DNA of 64,000 bases from Acutalibacteraceae bacterium (GTDB taxonomy: Bacteria; Bacillota; Clostridia; Oscillospirales; Acutalibacteraceae): contig JAZUDT010000002.1 in the NCBI GenBank assembly GCA_045639785.1, positions 4,121 to 68,120 of the forward strand, read 5' to 3'. Below, one piece after another: positions 48,215-55,107 of this stretch. The first letter of the stretch is position 1. The number at the start of each line of letters is the position of its first letter. The translations under genes were made by a program, and so were the position numbers. The notes beneath the pieces are model-generated. The model worked only from the letters and a program-made list of their open reading frames with translations. It was not told the origin of the DNA and ran no database searches.

Positions 48215-50401
48215 ATGGGATGGTTTGAAGAACAGCTTAAATATCGGGAAGAAACTGACAATGCCGACTTTGCTGATGCTATAGATTCCATTGCCGGTGC
48301 GGTTATGGGAAGACATTTGCAGGATGCCCTGAGCCAGAATGAGATTGCCGATTCCGCCATTGATGAAATACTGAAATTCTATCACTGCAAGACAAGGACG
48401 GAAGAAATTCCGCCGCAGATAAAAACACCAGAAGAAAAAATCAAATACCGTATGCGTCCGTTCGGTATTAAGAGCCGCACGGTAACGCTCGACAGGGGCT
48501 GGTACCGCCATGCGGTGGGTGCAATGCTCGGCACGCTAAAAGAGGACGGCTCCGCCACCGCTCTGATACCGGGCAAGTTTTCCGGCTATCATCTCATAAA
48601 CTTCAAAACGGGTGAACGGGTAAAACTCAACCGAAAAAACGAAAACCTCATTAATAAGGAAGCATTATGCTTTTACGAGCCGCTTCCTCAAAAGGCTCTT
48701 TCGGTGAGCGACCTTCTGAAATTTATGTTTCAGCATCTCAGTTTTTCGGATATTTTTCTGTATCTGCTTCTTATGGCACTTTCGTCCGCCTTGGGGCTTC
48801 TTTCCCCTCTTTTCACAAGGTGGCTTTTCAGCGACGTTCTCGAAAGCGGTAATTTGCAGATTTTAGTTTCCCTTGCAATATTTATGATATGCTTTTCAGT
48901 AAGCAGTCTTTGCTTCGGCACATTTCAGACGCTTATCAATTCACGCATTTCGATAAAGCAGAATATTGCCGTGCAGGCGGCGGTTATGAACCGCATTATA
49001 AGTCTGCCGCCGTCATTCTTCAAAAACTATTCCGCCGGTGAGCTTTCACAGCGTGCCTCTTATGTTCAGTCACTGTGCTCCACCATGTTCAACACAATAG
49101 GTATGACGGGACTGACTTCTCTCTTTTCACTTATATATATCGGGCAGATTTTTGTCTTTGCTCCGTCACTTGTCGTGCCCGCTCTTCTCATCACTGTTTT
49201 AACGGTTGTTCTTTCCCTTATAACTACGTTTATGCAGATAAGAATTACACGTGAAACAATGGAAATTTCCGCAAAGACAAGCGGTCTTACATATTCAACA
49301 ATTACGGGCATACAAAAAATCAAACTTGCCGGAGCGGAAAAAAGGATGTTTTCACGATGGGCAAGACAATATGCAAGAGAAGCACAGCTCAGCTACAATC
49401 CGCCTCTCTTTCTTAAGTTGAGCACGACAATGAGCCTTGCACTTTCACTTATCGGAACAATGGTGCTTTATGCCGTTGCGATAAAAAATCAAGTCGGTGT
49501 TGCCGATTACTATGCTTTCAACACCGCATACGGTATGGTTTCATCGGCGTTTATGTCTGCTGTATCCATTGCCGTGACCGCCGCAAACATAAAGCCGACG
49601 CTTGAAATGGCAAAGCCCATTATGGAAGCTGAGCCGGAGGTGCACGACGGAAAAGAAAATATTGCCGAGCTTCATGGTGCTATTGAGCTGTCGCACGTTT
49701 CTTTTCGCTATGAGGAGTCAATGCCGAATATAATCGACGATTTGTCACTGAAAATAACACCGGGTGAATATCTTGCCGTTGTCGGTCCCACAGGATGCGG
49801 AAAAAGTACACTTCTGCGTCTGCTTTTAGGCTTTGAAACGCCGCAAAGGGGAAATATTTTATTTGATAAAAAGGATATTGTTTCAATAGACCTCGAATCA
49901 CTTCGCAGAAAAATCGGCGTTGTGATGCAGGACGGAAAGCTGTTTTTAGGTGATATATATTCCAACATAGTCATTACCGCCCCCGAGCTCACCTTGGATG
50001 AAGCGTGGGAAGCGGCTGAAACAGCATCTATAGCAGATGATATTCGCAATATGCCGATGGGCATGAGCACTGTGATTTGCGAGGGACAGGGCGGCATTTC
50101 CGGCGGACAGAAGCAGCGTCTTATGATAGCCAGAGCCATCGCCCCTAAGCCGAAAATACTGATGTTTGACGAAGCGACAAGTGCACTTGATAATATTACG
50201 CAAAAGAAAGTGTCCGATGCGATAGACTCTCTCAAATGCACAAGAATTGTTATAGCTCACCGTCTTTCCACCATTCAGCACGCAGACCGTATCATTTATC
50301 TTGAAAACGGCAGGATAGTTGAAGACGGAACATATAAAGAGCTTATCGAAAAGAACGGATGCTTTGCAAAGCTTATTGAGCGTCAGAGGCTTGATATTTG
50401 A
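48215..50401 (+). CDS. second ABC exporter subunit (NHLP-system permease/ATPase, no peptidase Cys)
   Basis: 728 aa. The N-terminal approximately 150-aa non-C39 domain is followed by a TMD and an NBD (GPTGCGKST, ISGGQKQR, ILMFDEATSALD). This matches the partner ABC of NHLP/NHLM export systems. Confidence 0.85.
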   Translation: MGWFEEQLKYREETDNADFADAIDSIAGAVMGRHLQDALSQNEIADSAIDEILKFYHCKTRTEEIPPQIKTPEEKIKYRMRPFGIKSRTVTLDRGWYRHAVGAMLGTLKEDGSATALIPGKFSGYHLINFKTGERVKLNRKNENLINKEALCFYEPLPQKALSVSDLLKFMFQHLSFSDIFLYLLLMALSSALGLLSPLFTRWLFSDVLESGNLQILVSLAIFMICFSVSSLCFGTFQTLINSRISIKQNIAVQAAVMNRIISLPPSFFKNYSAGELSQRASYVQSLCSTMFNTIGMTGLTSLFSLIYIGQIFVFAPSLVVPALLITVLTVVLSLITTFMQIRITRETMEISAKTSGLTYSTITGIQKIKLAGAEKRMFSRWARQYAREAQLSYNPPLFLKLSTTMSLALSLIGTMVLYAVAIKNQVGVADYYAFNTAYGMVSSAFMSAVSIAVTAANIKPTLEMAKPIMEAEPEVHDGKENIAELHGAIELSHVSFRYEESMPNIIDDLSLKITPGEYLAVVGPTGCGKSTLLRLLLGFETPQRGNILFDKKDIVSIDLESLRRKIGVVMQDGKLFLGDIYSNIVITAPELTLDEAWEAAETASIADDIRNMPMGMSTVICEGQGGISGGQKQRLMIARAIAPKPKILMFDEATSALDNITQKKVSDAIDSLKCTRIVIAHRLSTIQHADRIIYLENGRIVEDGTYKELIEKNGCFAKLIERQRLDI

Positions 50402-50527
50402 GAGTTAGAAATTAGGAGAGAGGAGTGAGGAGTTATCCGAGCAAGAATATATTTCCATAAAAAGTGATTGCGAAGAAATAAAAAAGATGCTGTCATCTTC
50501 CACAAAAACATTAAAGGACGAATTGAA

Positions 50528-51040
50528 ATGAAAACTTCTTACTTCTCCAACCTCACTCCTAACGCTCTGAAAGAGCAAATCTACCGTGATTTTTACGGCA
50601 AGGTCTACGGTTACATACTGTCGAAAATTCAGAATGTGCAGAATGCGGAGGACCTGACGTCGAATGTTTTTCTCAAGGTATATGAAAAGCTCGACACGTT
50701 TGACGACAGCAAGGCCTCTCTTTCCACATGGATTTACACCATAACAAGAAACACGCTGACGGATTTTTACCGCACGAGAAAGGTTTTTGACGAAATACCC
50801 GAAAACCAGGAGAGCGGCTTTTCTCTTGAAGATGAGGTATGCAATGCTCAGACGCTTGAAATGCTGGCACAGGCACTTGAAACGCTTGACGAGCGGGAAC
50901 GGGATATTGTTATTTTCCGCTACTACTCGGGCAAAACGCTCAGGGATATTTCGGAGCAGATGAATATTTCGTATGCATACGTTAAGGTGCTTCAGAATAA
51001 AGCGTTGGCAAAATTGAGAAAATTTTTGGAAAATCAGTAG
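50528..51040 (+). CDS. ECF-like sigma-70 family RNA polymerase sigma factor
   Basis: Region 2 is AEDLTSNVFLKVYEKLDTFDDSKASLSTWIYTITRNTLTDFYR and region 4 is ERERDIVIFRYYSGKTLRDISEQMNISYAYVKVLQNKALAKLR. The start MKTSYF at 50528 follows AAGGA. Confidence 0.85.
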   Translation: MKTSYFSNLTPNALKEQIYRDFYGKVYGYILSKIQNVQNAEDLTSNVFLKVYEKLDTFDDSKASLSTWIYTITRNTLTDFYRTRKVFDEIPENQESGFSLEDEVCNAQTLEMLAQALETLDERERDIVIFRYYSGKTLRDISEQMNISYAYVKVLQNKALAKLRKFLENQ

Positions 51041-51066
51041 CCGCTTTTTAAATTTCATCGTATAAA
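51028..51066 (+). promoter_or_regulatory. conserved promoter/5'UTR module, copy 1 (overlaps sigma gene stop)
   Basis: ggaaaatcagtagccgctttttaaatttcatcgtataaa. It shares GAAAAATCAGTAGCC-N-CTTTT-N-AAA-N3-CATCGTATAAA with copies 2 and 3. An RBS and ATG of peptide gene a follow about 30 nt downstream. Confidence 0.55.
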
Positions 51067-51095
51067 CAGATGAAAGGGGCAAGGAGGTAACAAAA

Positions 51096-51275
51096 ATGGA
51101 AAAGAAATTTGAACTTAATGATAAAGAGCTTGAAAAAGTCAGCGGCGGACCCGAAGAACGCACGGTGCTCGGCTTGAAGGCTTCATCGGATTGCAGAAAA
51201 TGCGAATGCGGGCAGATTATTGAAGATGACGGCCTTGCGTTCTGCCCGTTTTGCGGAAGCAAAATAAGCGATTGA
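51096..51275 (+). CDS. double-glycine-leader peptide a (zinc-ribbon-like core)
   Basis: Not in the ORF track because it is only 59 aa. The sequence is MEKKFELNDKELEKVSGG / PEERTVLGLKASSDCRKCECGQIIEDDGLAFCPFCGSKISD. The RBS AAGGAGG lies 8 nt upstream. Confidence 0.7.
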   Translation: MEKKFELNDKELEKVSGGPEERTVLGLKASSDCRKCECGQIIEDDGLAFCPFCGSKISD

Positions 51276-51283
51276 TAAAAACA

Positions 51284-51323
51284 GAAAAATCAGTAGCCAC
51301 TTTTTAAAAAGCATCGTATAAAT
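51284..51323 (+). promoter_or_regulatory. conserved promoter/5'UTR module, copy 2
   Basis: gaaaaatcagtagccactttttaaaaagcatcgtataaa, followed by AAGGAGG and ATG 51353. Confidence 0.55.
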
Positions 51324-51352
51324 ATATGCAACGAGGTAAGGAGGCAATAAAA

Positions 51353-51610
51353 ATGGAAAGAAAACTTAATGCAATTTTTGATTATCAGAATTTTGAAAAA
51401 AATCCCCGTCTTGAAAAGCTTATTTCGGAAACCGAGAACCGGTATGCGAGGGAGCTTTCAGATGACGATCTCACTTTTGTCAATGCGGCTGGCGATTTCA
51501 ACATGAGCGGCGGACTTATAAGCGAAAATGAAATTTCTGAAAAAAACAGCACTCCGACATCGTCCGCTGTATTTGGTAAATCAGTCAATGTCAATGAAGT
51601 GCTTACCTAA
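51353..51610 (+). CDS. small hydrophilic protein b (possible long-leader peptide or regulator)
   Basis: 85 aa: MERKLNAIFDYQNFEKNPRLEKLISETENRYARELSDDDLTFVNAAGDFNMSGG / LISENEISEKNSTPTSSAVFGKSVNVNEVLT. The RBS AAGGAGG lies 7 nt upstream. It has no TM segment. Confidence 0.55.
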   Translation: MERKLNAIFDYQNFEKNPRLEKLISETENRYARELSDDDLTFVNAAGDFNMSGGLISENEISEKNSTPTSSAVFGKSVNVNEVLT

Positions 51611-51660
51611 GCCTGAAAATTGAATGAATAATAATTAAACTGAAAGAGGTGGATTCTGAA

Positions 51661-51900
51661 ATGAAAACAAAAGAAGAACTGAATGAGCTCAAAAAAGAAT
51701 ACGAAAACGTAAAAAGCAAGCTTTCCGAGCTTAGTGAATACGAGCTTAAAGAGGTCACGGGCGGCTATCATTGCGGGATCAATGCGAACTCCGGCACAAT
51801 GATTCATGCACCGACCTTCGGAGCGGTTGCAGATACGGCTCCATACATTGATACAGGATTATCTTCAGATGTTAACAATAAAGAAATAAAGGTCGATTAA
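51661..51900 (+). CDS. double-glycine-leader peptide c
   Basis: 79 aa: MKTKEELNELKKEYENVKSKLSELSEYELKEVTGG / YHCGINANSGTMIHAPTFGAVADTAPYIDTGLSSDVNNKEIKVD. RBS AGAGGTGG. Confidence 0.75.
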   Translation: MKTKEELNELKKEYENVKSKLSELSEYELKEVTGGYHCGINANSGTMIHAPTFGAVADTAPYIDTGLSSDVNNKEIKVD

Positions 51901-51926
51901 ATTATATTATAGGAGGAGATTTAACC

Positions 51927-52097
51927 ATGAAAACTAAAGAAGAACTGAACGAACTCAAAAAAGAATACGAAAACGTAAAAAGCAAGCTTTCCGAGCTTAG
52001 CGAAGACGAGCTTAAAGAAGTCGTCGGCGGAGTCGGAGGCGATCCGATTGACATCGAAGTATATACCAACTGGGAAATTCTACCCACAATACAGTAA
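51927..52097 (+). CDS. double-glycine-leader peptide d
   Basis: Not in the ORF track (56 aa). The sequence is MKTKEELNELKKEYENVKSKLSELSEDELKEVVGG / VGGDPIDIEVYTNWEILPTIQ. RBS AGGAGGAG. The leader is 33/35 identical to peptide c. Confidence 0.75.
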   Translation: MKTKEELNELKKEYENVKSKLSELSEDELKEVVGGVGGDPIDIEVYTNWEILPTIQ

Positions 52098-52135
52098 CGG
52101 ATTTGACAGTAAAAACTAAAAAGGAGGAATTTCTC

Positions 52136-52318
52136 ATGGAAAACGAAAAGAATAAAAAATCAATATCCGATGAAGAGCTTGGAGATGTCACCGGCGGCGG
52201 TATCCTCGACAAGCTCACGACAGGAACGCAAGTTAATTCCTCTAAAGATGACCCCGACGGTTATCAGATAAGCGAAAGACTGCGTGTTCTGATTAGACCG
52301 GGTGATACTGCTGAATAG
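52136..52318 (+). CDS. double-glycine-leader peptide e
   Basis: 60 aa: MENEKNKKSISDEELGDVTGG / GILDKLTTGTQVNSSKDDPDGYQISERLRVLIRPGDTAE. The RBS AAGGAGGA lies 7 nt upstream. Confidence 0.75.
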   Translation: MENEKNKKSISDEELGDVTGGGILDKLTTGTQVNSSKDDPDGYQISERLRVLIRPGDTAE

Positions 52319-52380
52319 CTTGCTGATAAATACTCAGAAAAAATTTGGAATAAGAGTAATAAAAAATGCCAACGATATCC

Positions 52381-52420
52381 GGAAAAATCAGTAGCCCTTT
52401 TGAAAAAAGCATCGTATAAA
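52381..52420 (+). promoter_or_regulatory. conserved promoter/5'UTR module, copy 3
   Basis: ggaaaaatcagtagcccttttgaaaaaagcatcgtataaa, followed by AAGGAG and ATG 52452. Confidence 0.55.
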
Positions 52421-52451
52421 ATAATGAAAGAAAACAAAAGGAGCAATCATT

Positions 52452-52616
52452 ATGAAACTTGATGAAAACGAAAGCAAGAAGCAAGCAGAAATTAACGGAG
52501 ATGTACTTACGGAAGTCACGGGCGGTAAGGAAGATTTAACAATCAAGCCCAATGACGGAGAATTCTGGCATTCGTGGAATCCGGCATTTATCATTTCAGA
52601 CGAATCCATCAAATGA
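52452..52616 (+). CDS. double-glycine-leader peptide f
   Basis: Not in the ORF track (54 aa). The sequence is MKLDENESKKQAEINGDVLTEVTGG / KEDLTIKPNDGEFWHSWNPAFIISDESIK. RBS AAGGAG. Confidence 0.7.
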   Translation: MKLDENESKKQAEINGDVLTEVTGGKEDLTIKPNDGEFWHSWNPAFIISDESIK

Positions 52617-52684
52617 ATCAAGATAATATTTAACAAAAAATCAACCGATAACAGGTATGCAAAACACAGAAAGGAAAAATCAGA

Positions 52685-52879
52685 ATGGAAAACGAAAAGA
52701 ATATTAAAGCAATATCCGAAGAAGATCTTAAAAATGTCACCGGCGGCAAAGAAAATATCAATTCTGAGGAACTTTGGTTTGAGGGTACAGATGTTGACAG
52801 GATTGCCATGCTAAATTCCGGTCCCGCAAACGGAGTCACTCCGATAATTTTTACCGCCACAGTGAATGGGGATAAGTAA
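52685..52879 (+). CDS. double-glycine-leader peptide g
   Basis: 64 aa: MENEKNIKAISEEDLKNVTGG / KENINSEELWFEGTDVDRIAMLNSGPANGVTPIIFTATVNGDK. The leader is paralogous to peptide e. Confidence 0.7.
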   Translation: MENEKNIKAISEEDLKNVTGGKENINSEELWFEGTDVDRIAMLNSGPANGVTPIIFTATVNGDK

Positions 52880-52915
52880 ATTATCGTTTTGTTTTGAAAA
52901 GCAAGTAAAAATCAG

Positions 52916-52952
52916 AAAAACGCTTGAAACCTTTGCGTTTCAAGCGTTTTTT
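52916..52952. terminator. bidirectional terminator shared by the peptide operon and the recombinase gene
   Basis: aaaaacgcttgaaac / gtttcaagcgttttt form an 11-bp core stem extended by A/T tracts. The recombinase stop codon (52940-52942) lies in the right arm. Confidence 0.75.
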
Positions 52953-54427
52953 GATTTTGGTGCACCGAAATCGGTGAAATCCGAACCTTTTTCTGCCGCT
53001 TCAATTTCGGCAAAGGTTATTGTTTTTGAACCGTCTTTGAAATTAAAAGTGATTACCATTTTGTCATCGTCAAGATAAATTGCGTTGATAAATGTATCAA
53101 TCAGCTTGCGGCGATGTTCAAGTTTCTCTATGTTAAGCTTTCTCAATCTGTGGAACCAAAACAGTATCTGTTCTCTTGTAAGAACCGGTTTTGACATTTC
53201 TTCTTTCATTATCTGAACCGAAAGTTCGCCTTTTTGCTGTTCAAGTTCTTCAAGTCTTTGTTTGGTTGACGGTGTAATTATGCCTTGCTCTATTGCGTTC
53301 AGCATATTATTTATAGCTTTTTCAGTCTCTGAATACCGTTTTTGAAGTATCGGTAAAACCTTGTTTTCAGAACCTAATTTTTCTAAAGCCATATCGGCAA
53401 GGCGTTCAATCAGATCATCATCAAGAATGATTTTTTGTATCTGTTCAAGGACTAAATTCTCTATCCAATCCTTTTTTACGGTCTTTTTATTACATCCACG
53501 GTGTTCTTTTACGCTGACACATTTATAGTATCTGTGAACCTCACCTGTATGACTTGTACCGCTTTCGCCAACCATAAAGCATTTACATTTTGCACAGTAA
53601 AGTTTAGTTGTCAACAGATATTCATCTTCGGCTTTATGTTTAGCCGGAGCTTTTTTATTTAATGCCATTCGCTCCTGTACTCTGTCAAACATTTCTTGGG
53701 TTACAATAGCGGGAATACCTCCGGGGATAACAACATCCTTGTATTTATATTCGCCTATGTACTTACGGTTATGAAGCATACTTGTAACATTATCCGTATC
53801 AAGCTTGCCGTTATGCCGCTGTGTTCTGACACCTCTGATATTCAATTCATCGGCTATCTGCTGCATACCCATTCCGTTTGCATACATCTCAAAAGCGTCC
53901 GCAACGGCAGGCGAAGTTATGGGATCAAGCTGATAATGTTTATCGCTGTCAATTACATATCCGATAGGGAGCGTACCGCCGTTATACTTGCATTTAAGGG
54001 CATTTTCTTTCATTCCACGGTTTACTTTTTCGGCAAGTTCAACGGAATAATATTCTGCCATACCCTCAAGCATTGTTTCAAGAAGCACGCCTTCTGAGCC
54101 TTTTGAAATGGCTTCGGTTGCAGAAACAACCTTAACGCCGTTCTTTTTTAATGCCGCTTTATAGTGTGCAGAATCAAAACGATTACGAGCAAATCTGTCA
54201 AGCTTCCAAACTATAACAACATCGAAATTTTTTCTGCTGCTGTCTTTAATCATCCTTTGAAAATCAGGTCTTTTATCGGTTTTTGCAGAAAATGCACGGT
54301 CGATATATATATCAACTATATTGATGCAGTTCCGTTCGGCAAATTCCTTGCACTCACGAATCTGACCTTCAATAGATTCTTCACGCTGACTGTCCGAAGA
54401 ATATCTTGCATAAATTACACCGTTCAT
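52940..54427 (-). CDS. large serine recombinase (resolvase/invertase catalytic domain + recombinase + zinc-ribbon domains)
   Basis: MNGVIYARYSSDSQREESIEGQ carries the catalytic Ser motif. Also present are VIVWKLDRFARN and the Cys-rich CAKCKCFMVG...YYKCVSVKEHRGC zinc ribbon. The start at 54427 is the first Met before the conserved N-terminus. Confidence 0.9.
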   Translation of the reverse strand: MNGVIYARYSSDSQREESIEGQIRECKEFAERNCINIVDIYIDRAFSAKTDKRPDFQRMIKDSSRKNFDVVIVWKLDRFARNRFDSAHYKAALKKNGVKVVSATEAISKGSEGVLLETMLEGMAEYYSVELAEKVNRGMKENALKCKYNGGTLPIGYVIDSDKHYQLDPITSPAVADAFEMYANGMGMQQIADELNIRGVRTQRHNGKLDTDNVTSMLHNRKYIGEYKYKDVVIPGGIPAIVTQEMFDRVQERMALNKKAPAKHKAEDEYLLTTKLYCAKCKCFMVGESGTSHTGEVHRYYKCVSVKEHRGCNKKTVKKDWIENLVLEQIQKIILDDDLIERLADMALEKLGSENKVLPILQKRYSETEKAINNMLNAIEQGIITPSTKQRLEELEQQKGELSVQIMKEEMSKPVLTREQILFWFHRLRKLNIEKLEHRRKLIDTFINAIYLDDDKMVITFNFKDGSKTITFAEIEAAEKGSDFTDFGAPKSKNA

Positions 54428-54532
54428 TTTCTCACTGTCCTTTCTGCCGGGTTTCAGGGCTGTCCCTGACAAGTGCCGTGCATATGCAACGGCGATGCTT
54501 GATAAGACAATGTCCATTGGATTTCAAGCATC

Positions 54533-54573
54533 CAAGCGAATTTGTGCTATCACAATTCATTGCTTGATAAGAC
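54533..54573 (+). repeat. inverted repeat, left copy (caagcgaatt-N11-aattcattgcttgataagac)
   Basis: The reverse complement occurs at 62035-62074 (20/20 and 10/10 matches around a 10-11 nt non-conserved spacer). The local partner gttgtcttgaaagcaatg (54581-54597) can also pair with it. Confidence 0.8.
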
Positions 54574-54613
54574 AACCCCGTTGTCTTGAAAGCAATGTAA
54601 AATTGGGAGGACA

Positions 54614-54639
54614 AATTCATTGCTTGATGATACGATACC
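54614..54639 (+). repeat. third copy of the repeat core (aattcattgcttgat-gatacgatacc)
   Basis: It is a direct repeat of 54554-54568. Its 3' part (gatacgatacc) resembles the extension of the right copy (aagacgatacc). A shorter partial copy, gatgcttgataagacaa, is at 54494-54510. Confidence 0.7.
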
Positions 54640-54795
54640 GCTTACAAATGGAGTATATCATATCCTAAAAGAAAAGTCTATAATAAAATCTATATTTTCA
54701 AAATAAAATTGATTTTTTCAATTTTATTGTTGCTTATTTATTAAGCTTGTGATATACTTAAAACTGTTGAATTATATCCATAGGAGGGCTGCGCT

Positions 54796-55005
54796 TTGGC
54801 TCGCTCATACAATAAACTTTGGAAACTGATGATTGATAAAAAGATGAATAAAACACAACTCCGTGAAGCCTCAAAAATCACTACTAATGCAATGGCTAAA
54901 CTTGCAAAAGATGAATCAGTACCCCTTGAAACTCTTGAAAAGATTTGTGCCGTTTTGCATTGCAATATTGAGGATATTGTAGAAGTTACTTATGAAGAAA
55001 ACTAA
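54796..55005 (+). CDS. XRE-family HTH regulator (possible R-M controller protein)
   Basis: 69 aa with a TTG start 7 nt after TAGGAGGG. The HTH is MNKTQLREASKITTNAMAKLAKDESVPLETLEKICAVLHCNIEDIVEV. It is the first gene of the co-directional cassette. Confidence 0.75.
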   Translation: MARSYNKLWKLMIDKKMNKTQLREASKITTNAMAKLAKDESVPLETLEKICAVLHCNIEDIVEVTYEEN

Positions 55006-55107
55006 AACTTATCTTCATTATATTGAAAGAAATGTCCGTTAATATGGACTTTATATTTGTTATAATAGTCGATAGATGTACTGCTGTCTTTAGAGAGGTT
55101 CATGTTT

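Noticed and set aside
50405-51262. 285-aa minus-strand ORF spanning the sigma factor gene and peptide gene a
   Set aside because: It is entirely antisense to a sigma-70 family gene with clear region 2 and region 4 motifs and to an RBS-preceded peptide gene. Its translation is low-complexity (S/L/F-rich), with no RBS or recognisable domain.
51028-52420. Possibility that the three approximately 40-nt repeats form a CRISPR array
   Set aside because: There are only three copies. The spacing is irregular (about 256 and about 1100 nt), and the copies are imperfect. Each is followed by an RBS and a start codon. No cas genes are present.
52909-52917. Fourth occurrence of aaaaatcag downstream of peptide g
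   Set aside because: Only the 9-nt head of the module is present. The rest (GTAGCC ... CATCGTATAAA) is absent, and it runs straight into the terminator hairpin. It is most likely chance in A-rich sequence.
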